Origin: Candidatus Borrarchaeum weybense
GTDB taxonomy: Archaea > Asgardarchaeota > Sifarchaeia > Borrarchaeales > Borrarchaeaceae
DNA length: 64,000 nt
Direction of reading: 5' to 3'
Assembly (NCBI GenBank): GCA_019057385.1
Contig: JAHQJS010000004.1
Span: 820,627-884,626, forward strand
The position numbers and the translations under genes were made by a program. The notes beneath the pieces were generated by a model, which ran no database searches, was not told where the DNA came from, and saw only the letters and a program-made list of their open reading frames with translations. Numbering within the stretch: position 1 is the stretch's first letter; each line of letters starts with the position of its first letter. Below, piece after piece: positions 59,304-64,000 of the stretch.

Positions 59304-60689
59304 TCAATAAATAAATGGAACGCCGAGATCCTCAAGTTCTTTACGTGTTTTGCTGTAAAGCTCAAAATATTCAGACGAAGGTTTACATTTTCGTATATCA
59401 TAACATTCTCTAAAACTTTTTCCTAAAGGAGCATTTTCGATGTTTTCTTCATAGGTCTTAAGAAGAGTCAGAGCAATATCATTTGCATTTTCTCTAGAGA
59501 ACATCTCTTTTGCAGCACCACATCCTACTTCTGAAGCCATCCTTGCCTCCATTGGTGTTGCGTAGTTTTTGTGTAAATTCTTAGCCACGGCAATTTCCCA
59601 AAGATTGGCGCCAGAAACAACTGAAACAAGACCATGGGTTGCAGCCTCTCTTAATACCATTGGGGTACAAGGCCCAGCAGCTGTAAATCCATTTGATAAA
59701 GAGACTAAATTGCTGTTACGACATAACGCTTGATAAGTTGTTGAAATCACCCATAGAAGTTCACGCATGGTATTGGATATGTATTTTAAGTGAATAGGGA
59801 AATAATTCATAAAATGAGCTTGGTTCACAACTAATCCTTGTAGATGATACGCAATACCAACAATGGCTGTTCCCTCTGGTCCTCCTGAATATCCTCCTAG
59901 AAGTGGACCTGTAAGAGCCCCTACAAAGCAACCGTAAGTATGAAAATGTACCATTTTGTTCAATAATGAGTTATTCACTTTCAATTCAGTCACACTGGCA
60001 ACGAAGCGACCATCAGTCAATCTCTCTCCCCATTCGGAATTACTAGCTGCAATTTGAGCAGCGTCAGATTCTGCAGTTCCTACGCTTTTGAGGAAAATAC
60101 CTGGTCTTCCAACTCTTCGTGCTGCTTCTCGAAACATCATAGCATGGGCAACAGAACCCTTTAATTCAGAAGGAAAACCAGAGCGGATGGGCATTCCTTC
60201 AACCTCATCAAGAATGGGGGCACAAACGCCATCAGCTAAAGGTTCCTGTAAGTATGCCATAGACATTGGAACAAAAAGATCCTCATCACACGTGATGTCA
60301 GGCGAGAAAAGACAGAAAGGTTTTCGAGGATCCTCGATTTGTCTACTCGAAATTTCTTTAGAGTCCCGTCCAAAACCCAGTGTAAACTTTCCAGGGAAAT
60401 TTCCCAATGCTTCTTTCATCTCAGCCTCTGTAAAAAGAATTCTGCGATGGGTATCAGTGCAAAGCGTCCCAACTTCAAGATAAAGATCCATGGCAGCCTT
60501 CCATAGATTATCAGCTAGATCATTATCACTTGGAACTGGTGACATTGGATCAAAAGAGATATCATATTCTTTTATTACTCTTCTTAGTTCAGGAACAAGT
60601 AGTTTGAGATCAAAATCCTTTTCTAAACAGATAGGACCGTTTACTGCTCGTTCTAGCACTTCATTAATACGCCACGGAGGAGTACCCAT
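59304..60689 (-). CDS. Non-pyrrolysine monomethylamine methyltransferase MtmB-family protein
   Basis: ERAVNGP, CTDTHR, GRPGIFLKS (Pyl-equivalent segment), ELKV, GGYSGGPEG, AGPCT; ATG 60689 lies 5 nt after AGGTGA. Confidence 0.85.
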   Translation of the reverse strand: MGTPPWRINEVLERAVNGPICLEKDFDLKLLVPELRRVIKEYDISFDPMSPVPSDNDLADNLWKAAMDLYLEVGTLCTDTHRRILFTEAEMKEALGNFPGKFTLGFGRDSKEISSRQIEDPRKPFCLFSPDITCDEDLFVPMSMAYLQEPLADGVCAPILDEVEGMPIRSGFPSELKGSVAHAMMFREAARRVGRPGIFLKSVGTAESDAAQIAASNSEWGERLTDGRFVASVTELKVNNSLLNKMVHFHTYGCFVGALTGPLLGGYSGGPEGTAIVGIAYHLQGLVVNQAHFMNYFPIHLKYISNTMRELLWVISTTYQALCRNSNLVSLSNGFTAAGPCTPMVLREAATHGLVSVVSGANLWEIAVAKNLHKNYATPMEARMASEVGCGAAKEMFSRENANDIALTLLKTYEENIENAPLGKSFRECYDIRKCKPSSEYFELYSKTRKELEDLGVPFIY

Positions 60690-60702
60690 TTTATTCACCT
60701 TT

Positions 60703-61818
60703 CTAAGGAATTAAATATTTATCAACAACATTATCCTTTAACTCTACTCCTAATCCTGGATCTGTGGGGATTGTTACCATACCTTGTCCATCGAATTCTA
60801 GAGGTTTTTTTAGCAGAGATTTATATAAAGCATAATCGGTTACATCGAACTCTAACCATTCGCAATTGGGTGTGCATGCCATCACTTGTAGTGTTGCTGC
60901 TAGTCCAACGCCTGTAGTATAGTTGTGGGGAGTGCATATCACGTCAAATGCTTCTGCTAAGGCGCATATCTTTTTAGTCTCGGTTATACCTCCACACCTC
61001 ATTATATCTGGCATAGCGAAGTCCACAGCATTTTTAAGAAAGAGTTCCTTAAATCCCCATTTTGTATACTCGTTCTCACCTGTCGCAATGGGAATGTCAA
61101 GTTTATTCTTTAAATACGCTAATCCATCTATATCGTACGGCGATAAAGGCTCTTCATACCAGTAAATATCGTATTTTTCAAGCATTTTCCCTACCTTGAA
61201 TGCTTCCACTCGATCATAGCCACAATTCATGTCTATCATTAAGTCAACATCCCCTATTGCGTCCTTTATCGCTTTGACTCTTTCCTCATCTTCCTTTAGC
61301 CCACGTCCTAGATGGGTCTTCACCGCAGAATACCCTTGTAATGCAAACTGTCGAGCTGATTCAGCCATAATCTCAGGGGTATCCCAGAACAAATCACTTG
61401 CATAAGCCTTCACCTTTCCATTTCCTTTAGCATCACCGCCAAGAAGCTTGTAGATTGGCGCATTATAAAATTTTCCAGCGATATCCCAAAGTGCCATGTC
61501 AACGCCACTAGCTGCTGATACCCCTTGACCTTTTTGATCCCAGTAAACAAAAACCGGGTCCATCAGCATCCTGCGCCATAATCTTTCTATGTCTAGCGGA
61601 TCTTGACCAATCAATAATGGTTTAAATTTGTCATCAACTATTGTCTTGACAATATATGATTCTGGTCCATATCCTTCTCCAATACCCTGTATTCCTTCGT
61701 CTGTGTCGATGATCACCAAAGCTGCTCCTCTAGAGTTGAATTCTCTGTCTTTAGAAACGCCTAGAGGCTTCGGAAGTTGAACACCTAACTTGATTACTTT
61801 AACATCCGTAATTTTCAT
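60703..61818 (-). CDS. Mandelate racemase/enolase superfamily protein
   Basis: DMALWDIAGK, KTH, IDMN, WYEEP, GENE, PD..RCGG, PHN. Confidence 0.92.
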   Translation of the reverse strand: MKITDVKVIKLGVQLPKPLGVSKDREFNSRGAALVIIDTDEGIQGIGEGYGPESYIVKTIVDDKFKPLLIGQDPLDIERLWRRMLMDPVFVYWDQKGQGVSAASGVDMALWDIAGKFYNAPIYKLLGGDAKGNGKVKAYASDLFWDTPEIMAESARQFALQGYSAVKTHLGRGLKEDEERVKAIKDAIGDVDLMIDMNCGYDRVEAFKVGKMLEKYDIYWYEEPLSPYDIDGLAYLKNKLDIPIATGENEYTKWGFKELFLKNAVDFAMPDIMRCGGITETKKICALAEAFDVICTPHNYTTGVGLAATLQVMACTPNCEWLEFDVTDYALYKSLLKKPLEFDGQGMVTIPTDPGLGVELKDNVVDKYLIP

Positions 61819-61847
61819 TTAATGCCCCCAAACTGCTTGTGAGTGTA

Positions 61848-62258
61848 TTAATCATTTTTTTCCTCAAAGTAAAACGGTTTTTCACCTTCAAGAAAGTCCT
61901 TACGTATTGGTGAAAAGATATCAATGAAAATCCCTTTTTCTGGTCCCAATATCTCTGCTCCATGTTCAACATTAGGTGGAATTCTGTAGAATGTATTTTT
62001 CTCTACAATTTTAGTCTCCTTTCCTATAGTAAATTTTGCTTTTCCTTGCAAGACGAACCCTAACTGCTCATGTTCATGTTTATGTAATGGGAATGACGCT
62101 GGGGGAGATTCTATCTCCAAACATACAATCATCATTCTCGGATCATTCTCACAATAGAATAACTTTCTTTTAATTCCTGGGGCAATTTCTTTAGCTTCCA
62201 TTTCGTTCAATTTTTCCCAATAACTCAAATCTCTCACTTCCCCTTTAATTTTCTTCAA
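61848..62258 (-). CDS. Cupin domain protein
   Basis: PLHKHEHEQLG, IPPNVEH, IDIFSPIRKD. Confidence 0.9.
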   Translation of the reverse strand: MKKIKGEVRDLSYWEKLNEMEAKEIAPGIKRKLFYCENDPRMMIVCLEIESPPASFPLHKHEHEQLGFVLQGKAKFTIGKETKIVEKNTFYRIPPNVEHGAEILGPEKGIFIDIFSPIRKDFLEGEKPFYFEEKND

Positions 62259-62360
62259 TGAATTCTAAACAAGCGGCTTTTAAAGCTTAGAATTAGTTTT
62301 AAATTTTTCTAAGAAAAGATAGTGGATGTTCTTTTTTTCAGTCACGAAAGATCATTTAAT

Positions 62361-63515
62361 TCATCTAAGAAACTGTCTTAGATGCCCTACGAAGTAAAGG
62401 ATATCGTTTTCAGTATTGTAGATATGGGGCGATACCCTTATCATTCCTAATCTTAAACTAAATTCTACTGGTTTCTCCAATTTACGTAATGCTTGGGCAA
62501 TTGCCGAACTGTCCTTATCTGTGGGTTCGAATGTTAAAATCGAACATCTATCTTCAGGTGGCGTTATAATGTCGATATTCTTGATTGAATTCAATTGCTC
62601 AGCCAAAATATCGACTAATTTCTTATTATGATCATAGATATTTTTTATCCCGATGTTTCTAAGATATTTAATTGATTCTGCGAGCCCTAACTTTACGCTA
62701 TAAGCACTAGAACTGTATTCAAACTTCCTTGCTGTAGACGCATAGCTCAAATCGAGAGCGTCAAAATCCCACATGTTTTCTCTAGATCGCCAACCTACGA
62801 GTGCAGGGTCCAATTCATCGCATAGATCCTTAGAAACATAAGCTATTGCTGTTCCAAAAGGAGCTAGCAGCCATTTGTAGCTACCAGCAATATAAATATC
62901 GACGTTTAGTTCTTTGACGTTTATTGGTAGATATCCAGCAGCTTGAATGCCATCAACTATTAGTAAGCCACCGATTTCATGGACCTGCTTTGCAATTTTC
63001 TTTATATCATCATCATCGAATTTCTGACCAGTAAGATATTCTACGTGGCTTAGAACCACAACTTTTGTGTTTTCATCGATTTCATTCAATATTACGTTTA
63101 TTGGAATACGCCAGTTTTCAGCAGTGATAAGCTTCACATTAATGTTTTCCTTTCGTGCAATTCTTAGCCAAGGATAGGTAACACTTGGAAATTCTACGCC
63201 AGTTGAAATAACCTTACCGTCGTCCTTTAAGTCTAAACTCCATGCGAAAGAATTCAATGCTTCTGTAGTGCTATTAAAAATAGCAATATCCGTTGAATCA
63301 CAGCTAAAAAGTTTGCTCCCTTCTTCCCTAAGACCATCATAAATTAAGGTTTCCTTTTCCTCATCTAAAGCTAAAGTCCCACCTTTTGCTATCTCGGTTT
63401 CAATTTCTGTCGATCTTTCGATGACAGGATTTGGAACGAGTCCAATACTTGCCGCATTTAAATAATCGACTCTCTTTGTAGTTGGAAAATCTTTCAAAAC
63501 CTCTTCAGTGTCCAT
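62361..63515 (-). CDS. PLP-dependent aminotransferase class V (desulfurase/lyase-like)
   Basis: YLNAAS, EFPS, SHV, VDGIQAAG, GSYKWLL, RVSPHIYN. Confidence 0.92.
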   Translation of the reverse strand: MDTEEVLKDFPTTKRVDYLNAASIGLVPNPVIERSTEIETEIAKGGTLALDEEKETLIYDGLREEGSKLFSCDSTDIAIFNSTTEALNSFAWSLDLKDDGKVISTGVEFPSVTYPWLRIARKENINVKLITAENWRIPINVILNEIDENTKVVVLSHVEYLTGQKFDDDDIKKIAKQVHEIGGLLIVDGIQAAGYLPINVKELNVDIYIAGSYKWLLAPFGTAIAYVSKDLCDELDPALVGWRSRENMWDFDALDLSYASTARKFEYSSSAYSVKLGLAESIKYLRNIGIKNIYDHNKKLVDILAEQLNSIKNIDIITPPEDRCSILTFEPTDKDSSAIAQALRKLEKPVEFSLRLGMIRVSPHIYNTENDILYFVGHLRQFLR

Positions 63516-63964
63516 TTAATCACTACCCGATTTTTTTGGTTTTTTAACTTAAGTAATTATAAAGCTGTATATTTCCCCTTTATAATCTCAGATATATAAC
63601 TAACAACTGCAAGGATCAATGATTTTCTTTCCATTATACTCAATCCTCTACATTATTTCGAAATAGTTAATAAAGAGTTACACATGCGGCTACATTTCCA
63701 AGATGGTAAAAATCATTTTCTTCGTTTTCTTGATATTCTAAAGATTTAAGTTTAGATTTCAAATTTGGAGAGAATTTTATAATTAGAATAAACTATTAAA
63801 TTTTCAGAAATAAATTGCATGCGTTTATGATTATTATAGAACCTTTTTGTCATGCTTAACTGAAACTTTGTAAGTTAAACAACAAGATTTTTGTAACAAT
63901 GCATTAGATATCATTAATATCAAAACGGTTTATAATTAAACAAATTCAATAGGAGAGATTTATA

Positions 63965-64000
63965 ATGTCTTTTAAAGACGTCGATGAGACGGAAATAGAA
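63965..64000 (+). CDS. Start of the next gene, truncated by the window end
   Basis: AGGAG SD followed by ATG, MSFKDVDETEIE. Confidence 0.4.
   Translation, partial: MSFKDVDETEIE

Noticed and set aside
59304-60698. Pyrrolysine recoding
   Set aside because: The MtmB homolog has no in-frame TAG, and many conserved genes in the window (pstS, pstC, ppiC, sui1) end at TAG at their expected lengths

Overview
AT-rich archaeal genomic window, most likely from an Asgard archaeon. The basis is several longin/DENN-like proteins, a Roadblock/LC7 protein, a Rab-like small GTPase, Yip1-like proteins, archaeal Mat, Nre with a PIP box, and AGGTGA Shine-Dalgarno motifs. About 50 CDS are present: two MacB/FtsX-type ABC exporters around a duplicated membrane protein/ArsR pair, a Pst/PhoU phosphate operon, AOR, an orphan adenine methyltransferase, and a catabolic-looking cluster with a non-pyrrolysine MtmB homolog. 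The main non-coding signal is a set of IS200/IS605-family elements. One is an apparently intact IscB/omega-RNA (OMEGA) element at 25136-26673, inserted between the SD and start codon of a host gene, whose terminus re-supplies the SD. Two are protein-less TnpB-type reRNA mini-elements, one of which shares its left end with the IscB element. Two more are ~50-bp right-end relics. Other candidates are a non-AUG (AUA) start for aIF1/SUI1, an 18-aa Cys-rich microprotein, a compensating operator palindrome pair, a phased TATAG array in the pst operon and a possible structured ncRNA. I recognised no rRNA, tRNA or CRISPR array. All family calls come from motif recognition by eye; no database searches were run.
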